A stretch of 25,091 nt of DNA from Chloroflexota bacterium (lineage in GTDB: Bacteria; Chloroflexota; Dehalococcoidia; UBA2979), in assembly GCA_027593235.1 (NCBI GenBank), contig JAQCIU010000043.1:1-25091 (forward strand). Reading direction: 5' to 3'. The position numbers and the translations under genes were made by a program. Position 1 is the first letter of the stretch. Every line of letters starts with the position of its first letter. Below, in pieces: positions 8,862 to 16,658 of the stretch. The notes below the pieces were generated by a model. That model was not told the origin of the DNA and did no database searches. It saw only the letters and a program-made list of their open reading frames with translations.

Positions 8862-9437
8862 ATGCAGCCGATCAACGAGGTCAGCGAACTCTTCCGACAC
8901 CAACGCGCGGTGCGCGCGTTCTCGGATCGTGAGGTCGACGCGGCGACCGTTGAGCAACTGCTCACCGCGGCGACGCACGGGCCTTCCGGGTCGAACAGCC
9001 AGCCGTGGCGATTCATCGTTGTGCGAGACGCCGAGGTGAAAGCGCAGCTGAGCGAGGTTTACGAAGCGGCGTTTGCCGAGGCGTACGCGGGGCGCGCGCC
9101 GGCGCGCGCCTCCGACCGGCAGCCGTGGACCGCGGTACCGGTGCTGATTGTGGCGTGCGTGCAGGTGCCGAGCACGGGGCGCTCCGGGATCCAGACCGGC
9201 GCATCGATCTATCCGGCCTGTCAGAACCTGATGCTGACGGCGCGATCGATGGGGCTAGGGAGCGTGCTGACGACGCTGCACCGGGTGAAGCGACAGCAGA
9301 TCCACGAGATCCTCGGTATTCCCGAGGGCTGGGACACGGCGGCGATCCTTCCGATCGGCTGGCCGGATCGCGCGTACGGGCCGAACCGCCGCCCGCCGGT
9401 CTCCGAGGTCACGATGTACGACCGCTGGAGCGAATGA
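8862..9437 (+). CDS. Nitroreductase family protein
   Basis: RAVRAFSDREV, ATHGPSGSNSQPWRFIVVRD, SIYPACQNLMLTARSMGLGSVLTT, PIGWP. ATG 8862 follows AGGGGG (alternative start 8847). Confidence 0.92.
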   Translation: MQPINEVSELFRHQRAVRAFSDREVDAATVEQLLTAATHGPSGSNSQPWRFIVVRDAEVKAQLSEVYEAAFAEAYAGRAPARASDRQPWTAVPVLIVACVQVPSTGRSGIQTGASIYPACQNLMLTARSMGLGSVLTTLHRVKRQQIHEILGIPEGWDTAAILPIGWPDRAYGPNRRPPVSEVTMYDRWSE

Positions 9438-9474
9438 TCGCGAACCTCGAGGCTCCGATGCTCCGGAGGGCGCG

Positions 9475-10221
9475 CTGACAGCGGAGCTTGCGTTTGTCGT
9501 GCTGCTGGCGCTGACGGCGGTGACGGTCCAGACCTCGGTGGGGTTCGGATCGGGGCTGATTTTCGTGCCGGCGGCGACGCTGGTGGTCGGGCCGGGACCG
9601 GCAGTGGCGATGATGCTGGTGGGGATCCCGGCGGTCGCCGCGGTGCTCTACGTGATGGACCGCCCACGAACGCCACTGCTCGACGCGGCGCCCGCCGCGG
9701 CGGTGAGCCTGCTCACCGTGCCGATCGGCGTGTGGTTGCTGACCCAGTCCAACGAGGACGTCTTGCGACTGCTTGTGGGCTGCACGGTGCTTGGCGCGGT
9801 GATCGCGAACCGGTTGAGCAGCGGCAAGGAAGAGGTGGTCCGCGAATCGAACCTGCCGCGGCTGGCGGCGGCGGGGCTGGTCTCCGGCGTGATGCGCGGA
9901 TCGACGAGCATGGGTGGGCCGGCGCTGGTGCTGTACTACCACTGGATGGGCGGCGGGGCGGCGCGCTTCCGATCGCGGATGTTCTCCTACGGGGCGCTGT
10001 CCGGGATTCCAAGTATCGGGATCGCGGCGGCGGCCGGGGTCTTCGACGACAAGACGGTGCCGGTGGTGTTGTGGGGGCTGCTGGGTGCGGCGCTTGGCGT
10101 CGCGCTGGGGATCCGATTGCGGCCATTCGTCACGGACGCGCGACTGCGGCGGTTATCGATGCTGCTGCTGGCGGCGACGAGCCTGCTGGCGATCGCGACG
10201 GCCGGATCGGCACTGCTCTAG
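9475..10221 (+). CDS. Sulfite exporter TauE/SafE (TSUP) family membrane protein
   Basis: VQTSVGFGSGLIFVP, GLVSGVMRGSTSMGGP, multiple TM helices. Start uncertain: CTG 9475 with GGAGG, or GTG 9499. Confidence 0.85.
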   Translation: MTAELAFVVLLALTAVTVQTSVGFGSGLIFVPAATLVVGPGPAVAMMLVGIPAVAAVLYVMDRPRTPLLDAAPAAAVSLLTVPIGVWLLTQSNEDVLRLLVGCTVLGAVIANRLSSGKEEVVRESNLPRLAAAGLVSGVMRGSTSMGGPALVLYYHWMGGGAARFRSRMFSYGALSGIPSIGIAAAAGVFDDKTVPVVLWGLLGAALGVALGIRLRPFVTDARLRRLSMLLLAATSLLAIATAGSALL

Positions 10222-10230
10222 CCCGCGAGA

Positions 10231-10251
10231 CCCCCTTCGGGGGGTGACGGC
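10231..10251. repeat. C5-TTCG-G5 hairpin element, copy 2
   Basis: CCCCCTTCGGGGGGTGACGGC, 9 nt after the tauE stop, in a convergent intergenic gap. Confidence 0.55.
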
Positions 10252-10309
10252 ACCGGAGCACACCACCAAGGTACGGCGCCTGCTTACGGGAGTTGGCTAT
10301 AGCAGCCGG

Positions 10310-10915
10310 CTACGACGGCAGGTTGTCTTCGAGGTGGCAGACGTCGTTCACGACGACGATCTCGTCACGCCCGGCGCGGTGCTGCACGACGGTCAGGGAG
10401 CAGTTGGAGATGCGGGTGCGGGGCGAGGTGTGATCGGGCAGTTCGAGGAGATGGGCGAGCGCCTGAAGGATGGTGCCGCCGTGGCAGGCGACGACCGCGA
10501 CATCCTCGCGGTGGCGGGCGCGGAGCTGATCGATCTCGATGCCGACGCGGCGGCGGAATGCGGGGTGGCCTTCCTCGCCGGGGACGACGCCGCGTCCCCA
10601 GTCGTTTGTGGTGAGGTTGAAGCGCTCGGTGATCTCCGGCCAGGAGAGGCCTTCGGCCTCGCCGTAGCGGTACTCATCGAGGCCGGCAATCTCCTCGACG
10701 GTGACGCCGTGGTGCGTGGCGACGGCGGCACCGGTCGCCGAGGCGCGGCGGAGGGTGCTGGCGTAGACGGCGGCGACCGGCTCGACGGCGAGCCGGGCAC
10801 CGACGCGGCGGGCCTGCTCCCGCCCGCGCTCGGTCAGCACGAGATCGAGGGAGCCGGTGATCACACCGCGGGCATTGCCTTCGGATTCGCCGTGGCGGAC
10901 AAGGATCAGCGTCAT
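10310..10915 (-). CDS. Histidine phosphatase family protein (phosphoglycerate mutase-like)
   Basis: LVRHGESEGN, YASTLRRA, LDEYRYGEAEG, PGEE, ACHGG, ISNCS, NDVCHL; ATGA overlap with the upstream Nudix gene. Confidence 0.93.
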   Translation of the reverse strand: MTLILVRHGESEGNARGVITGSLDLVLTERGREQARRVGARLAVEPVAAVYASTLRRASATGAAVATHHGVTVEEIAGLDEYRYGEAEGLSWPEITERFNLTTNDWGRGVVPGEEGHPAFRRRVGIEIDQLRARHREDVAVVACHGGTILQALAHLLELPDHTSPRTRISNCSLTVVQHRAGRDEIVVVNDVCHLEDNLPS

Positions 10916-11493
10916 CGGTGGATCCCCGTGGGATCGAGCAGTGTGAGGAACTGGCCGAGCATCCGCGCGGTCGCGCCCCAGATCACGGAACCCTCGAAGG
11001 CATAGGCGGGCGTGGTCTCCGTGACTCCATCGCGTTCCGCGACCTTCCAGACACGCGCGTCCGCGGTGAGCAGATGCGCGAGGGGCACGTGCAGGAGTTC
11101 GCGCACCTCGCGGGCGGCTTCGACGAAGGTGACGGCGGTATCGGTGGGGACGGCTCCGACGAAGGGGCGGATCAGGTAGTTCGAGCCGAAGGTGGCGGTG
11201 TCATCGAGCTGACCGAAGACCTCGATGCTGGCGGCCGGGACGCCAATTTCCTCGTGGGTCTCGCGGAGCGCGGTTTCGAGCAGCGTCGCATCCTCGGGAT
11301 CGCGGGCGCCGCCGGGGAAGCTGATTTCGCCCTTGTGGTGGCGGACGCGATTGGTGCGCTGCTGGAAGACGATGTGGTCTTCGCCATCGAGCTGGTGAAG
11401 CAGGAGCAGTACGCCGGCCGGGCGGCGATCCTGAAGCGAGAGTTCCCGGGGCTGGTAGCTGCCGAGTGCCTGGCGGGCACGATCGCGGTGCAT
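10912..11493 (-). CDS. CoA pyrophosphatase-type Nudix hydrolase
   Basis: QQRTNRVRHHKGEISFPGG (CoA-Nudix motif), then the Nudix box GARDPEDATLLETALRETHEEIG and C-terminal IWGATA. Confidence 0.92.
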   Translation of the reverse strand: MHRDRARQALGSYQPRELSLQDRRPAGVLLLLHQLDGEDHIVFQQRTNRVRHHKGEISFPGGARDPEDATLLETALRETHEEIGVPAASIEVFGQLDDTATFGSNYLIRPFVGAVPTDTAVTFVEAAREVRELLHVPLAHLLTADARVWKVAERDGVTETTPAYAFEGSVIWGATARMLGQFLTLLDPTGIHR

Positions 11494-11519
11494 GCGGCTC
11501 CCGGTGAGATCGACTGGAT

Positions 11520-11596
11520 TGGTGGGCCCGCCAGGATTCGAACCTGGGACCGATCGGTTATGAGCCGACTGCTCTAGGCCGCTGAGCTACAGGCCC
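11520..11596 (-). tRNA. tRNA with CAU anticodon, most likely tRNA-Ile2 (lysidine-modified)
   Basis: Reverse complement GGGCCTGTAGCTCAGCGGCCTAGAGCAGTCGGCTCATAACCGATCGGTCCCAGGTTCGAATCCTGGCGGGCCCACCA folds as a cloverleaf with encoded CCA. The G1-C72 pair and absence of the three G-C anticodon-stem pairs exclude fMet; C4-G69/C5-G68 favour Ile2 over elongator Met. Confidence 0.93.
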
Positions 11597-11638
11597 CCGC
11601 GAGCGCGGCGTCCGTCTCCGGCGCACACCCGCGCGGTG

Positions 11639-11644
11639 AGTATA
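11639..11644 (-). promoter_or_regulatory. Candidate -10 element for the tRNA
   Basis: TATACT on the minus strand 42 nt upstream of the tRNA 5' end, followed by a GC-rich discriminator-like tract. Confidence 0.5.
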
Positions 11645-11698
11645 TGGGCACGGTGGCTGTGCATCCCGCGCGGGATGCCGAGCAATCGGGGTCGGGCG

Positions 11699-12100
11699 TC
11701 AGGCGGCGCGTACGAGCGTGCGTCCGCCGCCACCGAGCAGGCCGAGCAAGGTGCTGCGCCAGCCGTTGAGGTCGCCGGGCTTCTCGAAGACCGTTCCAGC
11801 GCCGGCAGCGAGGCAGGCGAGACGATCCTCGGGCGTTACGAACGCGGACATGATGGCGACCGACAGATCGGCGCGGTGGCGGACGAGCGGGCGCACGAGC
11901 GTGATTGAGTCGTGCGCGCCGAGGCGTCGATCGAGCAGGACGAGGGCGCCCAAGGGGGCGCGATCGGCGATCGTTTCGCGGTCCTCGGCAGCGAGGAGCA
12001 GCACGCGGGATTCGGGGGCGACGAAGGCGAGGAGATGGGCGATCAGATCGCGGTGGGCGTCGTCGTCCTCGACGATCACGACGGGCGTGCCCTGGTTCAT
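11699..12100 (-). CDS. Single-domain response regulator (receiver)
   Basis: VIVEDD acidic pocket, LVLLDRRL (phospho-Asp), IMSA, FEKP. ATG 12100 has GGAGG and an ATGA overlap with the upstream gene. Confidence 0.9.
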   Translation of the reverse strand: MNQGTPVVIVEDDDAHRDLIAHLLAFVAPESRVLLLAAEDRETIADRAPLGALVLLDRRLGAHDSITLVRPLVRHRADLSVAIMSAFVTPEDRLACLAAGAGTVFEKPGDLNGWRSTLLGLLGGGGRTLVRAA

Positions 12101-12696
12101 GCGACACCTCCGAGGACGGGGAGACGGACGGTGACCTGCTCGCCCACGACATCGAGGCTGCCGTGATGGCGCGCGAGGGTGATCTGGAGGCAGGCGAGTC
12201 GTTCGATCAGGCCGCCGGCGTGCAGGTGCAACGAACCGGCGAGCGCCATGAGCGGTGAATCGGGCGCATCTGCGACCGACCAACGGATGACCGCGGTGTC
12301 CCCATCCAGCAGCGCGGTTGCGCCGGTGGGGATCGCCCACCGCAGTTCGCCGGCGGTGCTTTCGTCGAGGGCGACGGTGACGGCGGGAGCGCCGCCGAAG
12401 AGGGAGGACAGGGTGACCTCGATCGTGTCGCTCGCGCGGCGGGCGGCACGGGAGAGGGCGTTGAGGGCGGAGAGCATGCGCTCGAGGTCATCGCAGGCGG
12501 CGCGGAGGCCATCGAGGGCCTCGATGGCACCTGCGACCTCGACGCCGGCGAGCGAGTGCTCAAGGAGCTGGGCGCTGAGGGAGACGGTGAGCAGGGGCGA
12601 GCGGAGGTCATGCGAGACCCCGTAGAGGAGCGAATCAAGCAGTTGCGGGGCGGCTTCCGTGTAGGTATTGCCGTCCCGCGAGATCGAGCTGGTCAT
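12097..12696 (-). CDS. Sensor-less HisKA (DHp) protein with degenerate ATPase-like C-terminus
   Basis: H-box YGVSHDLRSPLLTV and a second DHp helix; no N-box Asn or DxGxG/GxGxG boxes; kinase-like tail LARHHGSLDV...VTVRLPV. Confidence 0.8.
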   Translation of the reverse strand: MTSSISRDGNTYTEAAPQLLDSLLYGVSHDLRSPLLTVSLSAQLLEHSLAGVEVAGAIEALDGLRAACDDLERMLSALNALSRAARRASDTIEVTLSSLFGGAPAVTVALDESTAGELRWAIPTGATALLDGDTAVIRWSVADAPDSPLMALAGSLHLHAGGLIERLACLQITLARHHGSLDVVGEQVTVRLPVLGGVA

Positions 12697-12792
12697 GGGC
12701 GCCGTCCACTCGCTGGGGTGATTCCCGCCCTCGATGATTGACCGCGCCGGTTCGGCCGCGCAAGCGGGGGTTCCCCCGGACTACGGGCGCGC

Positions 12793-13149
12793 CTAAGCGA
12801 GGCGGCCGAGCGGGCCGCCGCCGAGGATGTGCATGTGGAGGTGAAAGACGGTCTGCCCGGCGTCGCTCCCGTTGTTCAACACGAGGCGGTAGCCGGCGTC
12901 CTCGAGGCCCAGATCGCGGGCGATGCGGGTCGCGACAACGGTCATGCGGCCGACCATCGCGGCATCGGCATCGGTCAACGCCTGCGGGCCGGTTGGCGCT
13001 TCGCCACGCGGGATGACGAGGACGTGGGTGGGCGCGGAGGGGGCGACGTCGCGGAAGGCGATGAACTCGCTGTCCTCGTAGACGCGATCGCTGGGGATCT
13101 CATCGCGGAGGATGCGGGCGAAGATATTGTCGCGATCGTAATCGGGCAC
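12793..13149 (-). CDS. HIT (histidine triad) nucleotide-binding protein, HinT-like
   Basis: NIFARILRDEIPS, AFRDVAPSAPTHVLVIP, GYRLVLNNGSDAGQTVFHLHMHILGG. Start GTG 13149 (GGAG RBS) or ATG 13161. Confidence 0.95.
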   Translation of the reverse strand: MPDYDRDNIFARILRDEIPSDRVYEDSEFIAFRDVAPSAPTHVLVIPRGEAPTGPQALTDADAAMVGRMTVVATRIARDLGLEDAGYRLVLNNGSDAGQTVFHLHMHILGGGPLGRLA

Positions 13150-13253
13150 GGGTGCTCCCATCGTGTGGCCCTCGGGAGGCTGAAGCAGGGGGACTCCCGG
13201 GGGCTTTGAGGCGGAGTTGCGGGTCCTCGCCTGCGCGATACGATGCCGGGAGC

Positions 13254-15317
13254 GTGACCCTCTCGCAAACTGCCGCGCGCGCACAGACGCGCCTGATCCG
13301 CCGCACCCGGGTACTGATCGAGCGTTCGCCGAGTGGCGGCCCGATGGTGGTGGCGACCTTTATCGGGCTCCTGACCGGCCTCGGTGCTGCCGCGTTCGAA
13401 ACCATGATCGACGGCGTGAACGCGGTGTCGTTCGACTGGCTGCTGGACGATGTGCTGGGTTCCTGGGGCGGCTGGAAGCTGATCCTGGCGCCCGCGATCG
13501 GCGGGCTGCTGGTCGGCACGTTCACGTACTTCTTCGCGCGTGACGCCCGCGGCGCGGGCGTTGCCCCGGTGCTGCTGTCGGTGGAGACCGCAGGCGGACG
13601 GGTCAATCCGTGGACGGTGATCACGAAGCCGATTGCTTCGGCGTTGACGATTGGATCCGGCGGATCGGCGGGGAAGGAAGGGCCGGTCGTCCAGATCGGC
13701 GCGGCGGTCGGCTCGACGTTCGCGCGGACGCTGCGGCTCTCCGACGAGAACGTGAAGCTGATGCTGGCGTCGGGGGCGGCCGGGGGGATCGCGGCGACGT
13801 TCAACGCGCCGATCGCGGGGGTGTTCTTCGCGCTCGAGGTGATCCTGCGTCGCTTCAATACGCGGAACTTCAGCGTGGTGGTGCTGGCCTCGGTGGTGGC
13901 GACCACGACGGCGGTGATCCTGCGGGGCGACGATCCGACGGTGGCGATCCAGCCGCACGAGCTGGAGAACGCGGTGGTGGAGATCCCGCTGTACGCGATC
14001 CTCGGTGGGTTGGCCGGGGTGCTGAGCGTGGCGTTCATGCGATCGCTGTACTGGACGGAGGATCGGTTCGCGGTGCTGCGGGTGCACCCGCTGCTGCTGC
14101 CGGCGATCGGCGGGCTGCTGGTGGGTGCGCTGGGGCTGATCGATCGGGACGTGATGGGGCTGGGCGAGGACACCCTCGGAGCGGCGCTGTCCGGCGAAGG
14201 GGCGATTAGCACGCTGCTGGTGGTGCTGGTGCTGAAGGTACTGGCGACCTCGTTGACGATTGGGAGTGGGGGTAGCGGGGGCGTATTCGGTCCGTCGCTG
14301 TTCATCGGCGCGATGCTGGGCGCGGCGTTCGGGGGGATTGTGAACGAGGTGCTGCCGGGCCACACGGCGTCCTCGGGGGCTTATGCCACCGTGGGGATGG
14401 CGGCGCTGACGGCGGGCACGGCGCGGTCGCCGATTACGGCGGTGTTGATCATCTTCGAGCTGACGCGCGACTACGAGATTATTTTGCCGGTGATGACGGC
14501 GGTGGTGACGGCGACGCTGGTGTCGCAACTGCTCAGTACCGACACGATTTACACGTACCGGCTCTCGCGGCGGGGCGTGGTGATCGAGGAGGAGCAGCTC
14601 CCCGACAACATGATGCAGACGTTGCGGGTCTCGGATGCGATGAGCCCGGTGGGGGTGCGCGTCGAGCCGGATTCGCCGATCTCGGATATCGCGATGGAGC
14701 TGGCGAGCGATCGCGAAACGATCGCGCTGGTGGTGAACGAGGACGGTGAGCTGAGCGGCGTGATCACGAACACGGACATCACGCGCGCGCTGGGGGAGGG
14801 CAATGAATCGTTGACGGCGCGTGATGTTTGCGCGACCGATCTGCACACGATCTTCCCGGATCAGACGCTGCACCAGGCGCTGGGGGTGTTCGCGGGACGG
14901 TCGGTACATGCGTTGCCGGTGACGCTTCGGGAGCAGCCGGGGATTCCCTGCGGGATCTTGAGACGGAGCGACATTACGAACGCGTACGCGGCGGCGATTG
15001 AGTCGCGCGATACGCAGGTGCGGCGCGGTCGGTTGCGGAATGCGTTGAGCGATGACGTGCGCTACCTGGAGCTGCGCGTCGAGCGCGGCAGCGTGCTGAA
15101 CGGGCACCGGATCAGCGAGCTGGAGCTGCCGGAGAACGCCATCATGGTGACGGTGCGGCACGACGGGGCGACGTTGATCCCGCGTGGGCACACGCGGTTG
15201 ATTGCGGGGGATCGGGTGACGGTGATCGCTGGGGCGAGCGCGTTGGACGCGCTGCAGGCGATGTTCCGCCCGCAGCCCGACGCCGAGTCGCGATCGCGCT
15301 GGCGGCTGGACCGCTAG
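13254..15317 (+). CDS. CLC family anion channel/transporter with CBS pair and TrkA_C (RCK_C) domain
   Basis: GSGGSAGKEGPVVQIG, GIAATFNAPIAG, GGSGGVFGPSL, RSPITA...FELT, TIYT; CBS (VSDAM...GVITNTDI); TrkA_C (LNGHRISELELP...IPRGHTRLIAGD). Start uncertain. Confidence 0.95.
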   Translation: MTLSQTAARAQTRLIRRTRVLIERSPSGGPMVVATFIGLLTGLGAAAFETMIDGVNAVSFDWLLDDVLGSWGGWKLILAPAIGGLLVGTFTYFFARDARGAGVAPVLLSVETAGGRVNPWTVITKPIASALTIGSGGSAGKEGPVVQIGAAVGSTFARTLRLSDENVKLMLASGAAGGIAATFNAPIAGVFFALEVILRRFNTRNFSVVVLASVVATTTAVILRGDDPTVAIQPHELENAVVEIPLYAILGGLAGVLSVAFMRSLYWTEDRFAVLRVHPLLLPAIGGLLVGALGLIDRDVMGLGEDTLGAALSGEGAISTLLVVLVLKVLATSLTIGSGGSGGVFGPSLFIGAMLGAAFGGIVNEVLPGHTASSGAYATVGMAALTAGTARSPITAVLIIFELTRDYEIILPVMTAVVTATLVSQLLSTDTIYTYRLSRRGVVIEEEQLPDNMMQTLRVSDAMSPVGVRVEPDSPISDIAMELASDRETIALVVNEDGELSGVITNTDITRALGEGNESLTARDVCATDLHTIFPDQTLHQALGVFAGRSVHALPVTLREQPGIPCGILRRSDITNAYAAAIESRDTQVRRGRLRNALSDDVRYLELRVERGSVLNGHRISELELPENAIMVTVRHDGATLIPRGHTRLIAGDRVTVIAGASALDALQAMFRPQPDAESRSRWRLDR

Positions 15318-16513
15318 GCGACGGCGAGCGGCAGTTTCGTGAGGCCTCGGAGGAGCAGGGTGCCGCCGCGGGCGGGGTCGCCTTCGCCGCGCTCGATCGA
15401 GGGGTAGCGGCGGAGCAGGGCCTCGAAGGTAACTTCGGCCTCGAGGCGGGCGAGCGGTGCACCGAGGCAGAAGTGCGGGCCCATGCCGAAGGAGAGGTGG
15501 CGGTTCGGATCGCGTCCCGGGTCGAAGGTGGCCGCGGCGGGGAACTGATCCGGATCGTGGTTCGCGGCGCCGAGCATGAGCATCAGCATGTCGCCACGCT
15601 CGACGGTCGTGGCGCCGATAGTGGTCGTTTCGAGGGCGATGCGGACGACGGCCTGGACGGGGGAGTCGAAGCGGAGCATCTCCTCGATGGCGGCGGGGAG
15701 CGCGGCGGGAGTGGCGCGGAATTGCGCGGCGACCTCGGGACAATCGAGCAGGGCGAGGGTGCCGTTGCCGATGAGGTTGGTGGTGGTTTCGTTGCCGGCG
15801 ACGAGTAGCAGGATCGCGAAGGCGAGGATCTCGTCGGTGGTGAGCTGGTCGGCTTCCTCGGCGGCGACGAGCGCGGAGATGAGGTCGTCCTGGGGGGCGG
15901 CGCGGCGGGCGGCGATGAAGCGGCCGAAGTACTCGATCAGCTCAAGGGTGGTCTCGCGAGCCTGATTGATGACGGCCTCGGAGTTCATGACGTCGGTGGT
16001 CGCGGCGAGCGCGTTCGACCATTCCTTGAAGCGCTGGCGATCAGCGGGCGGGACGCCGAGCAGCTCGGCGATGACGATCACGGGGAGTGGCTGGGCGAGG
16101 CCGGCCATCAACTCGAAGCCACCCTCGCGGGGGGCGGCCTCCAGCAGGTCGCGGGCGATCTCCTCGATGCGGGGGCGGAGGGCGGCGACGCGACGCGGGG
16201 TGAAGACCTTGTTGACGATCGCGCGCATGCGGGTGTGGGCGGGCGGATCGATGGTGAGCAGCATCTGCGCCTGTCCGAGTGGGGATTCGGCGCGTTGCTG
16301 GCGGATCACCTCGCCGAGCTGGCCGCCGGCGTTGCGGCCGTCCGAGGAGAAGCGTGACGGGTCGCGGAGGACAGCGACGCAATCCTCGTAGCGGGTGAGG
16401 ATCCAGGCCTGCATCGCGATGCTGCGGTGGACTGGATCGGCTTCGCGGAGGCGACCGTACTGGAGGTAGGGGTTCGCTTTGTAGGACGGGACGAACGGGT
16501 TGAAGACGACCAT
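15314..16513 (-). CDS. Cytochrome P450
   Basis: DPPAHTRMR, AGNETT (I-helix), EEMLR (ExxR), FGMGPHFCLGA (heme Cys). Start ATG 16513. Confidence 0.97.
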   Translation of the reverse strand: MVVFNPFVPSYKANPYLQYGRLREADPVHRSIAMQAWILTRYEDCVAVLRDPSRFSSDGRNAGGQLGEVIRQQRAESPLGQAQMLLTIDPPAHTRMRAIVNKVFTPRRVAALRPRIEEIARDLLEAAPREGGFELMAGLAQPLPVIVIAELLGVPPADRQRFKEWSNALAATTDVMNSEAVINQARETTLELIEYFGRFIAARRAAPQDDLISALVAAEEADQLTTDEILAFAILLLVAGNETTTNLIGNGTLALLDCPEVAAQFRATPAALPAAIEEMLRFDSPVQAVVRIALETTTIGATTVERGDMLMLMLGAANHDPDQFPAAATFDPGRDPNRHLSFGMGPHFCLGAPLARLEAEVTFEALLRRYPSIERGEGDPARGGTLLLRGLTKLPLAVA

Positions 16514-16658
16514 GTCTTCGATCGTACCCCGGGTCCGGCGTAGCGCCTTGCGAGACCGATCCGCGGCGGGAAGTGGTCCGCAGCGAGCGGTGACGGCCTC
16601 GACTCGTTTCGTTGATATCGTCGAGGTGGGTGCCAACCCGTTTTCCGAGGAGTGTCTG

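Noticed and set aside
10310-10915. Histidine phosphatase as the metal-independent phosphoserine phosphatase completing the serA pathway
   Set aside because: It is over 5 kb from the ser genes, coupled to a Nudix gene, and has Tyr (DEYRYG) where I would expect the specificity His of that subfamily. Unsupported without an alignment.
11520-11596. tRNA as an integration site for a genomic island
   Set aside because: No duplicated tRNA 3' end, integrase or compositional shift next to it was seen.
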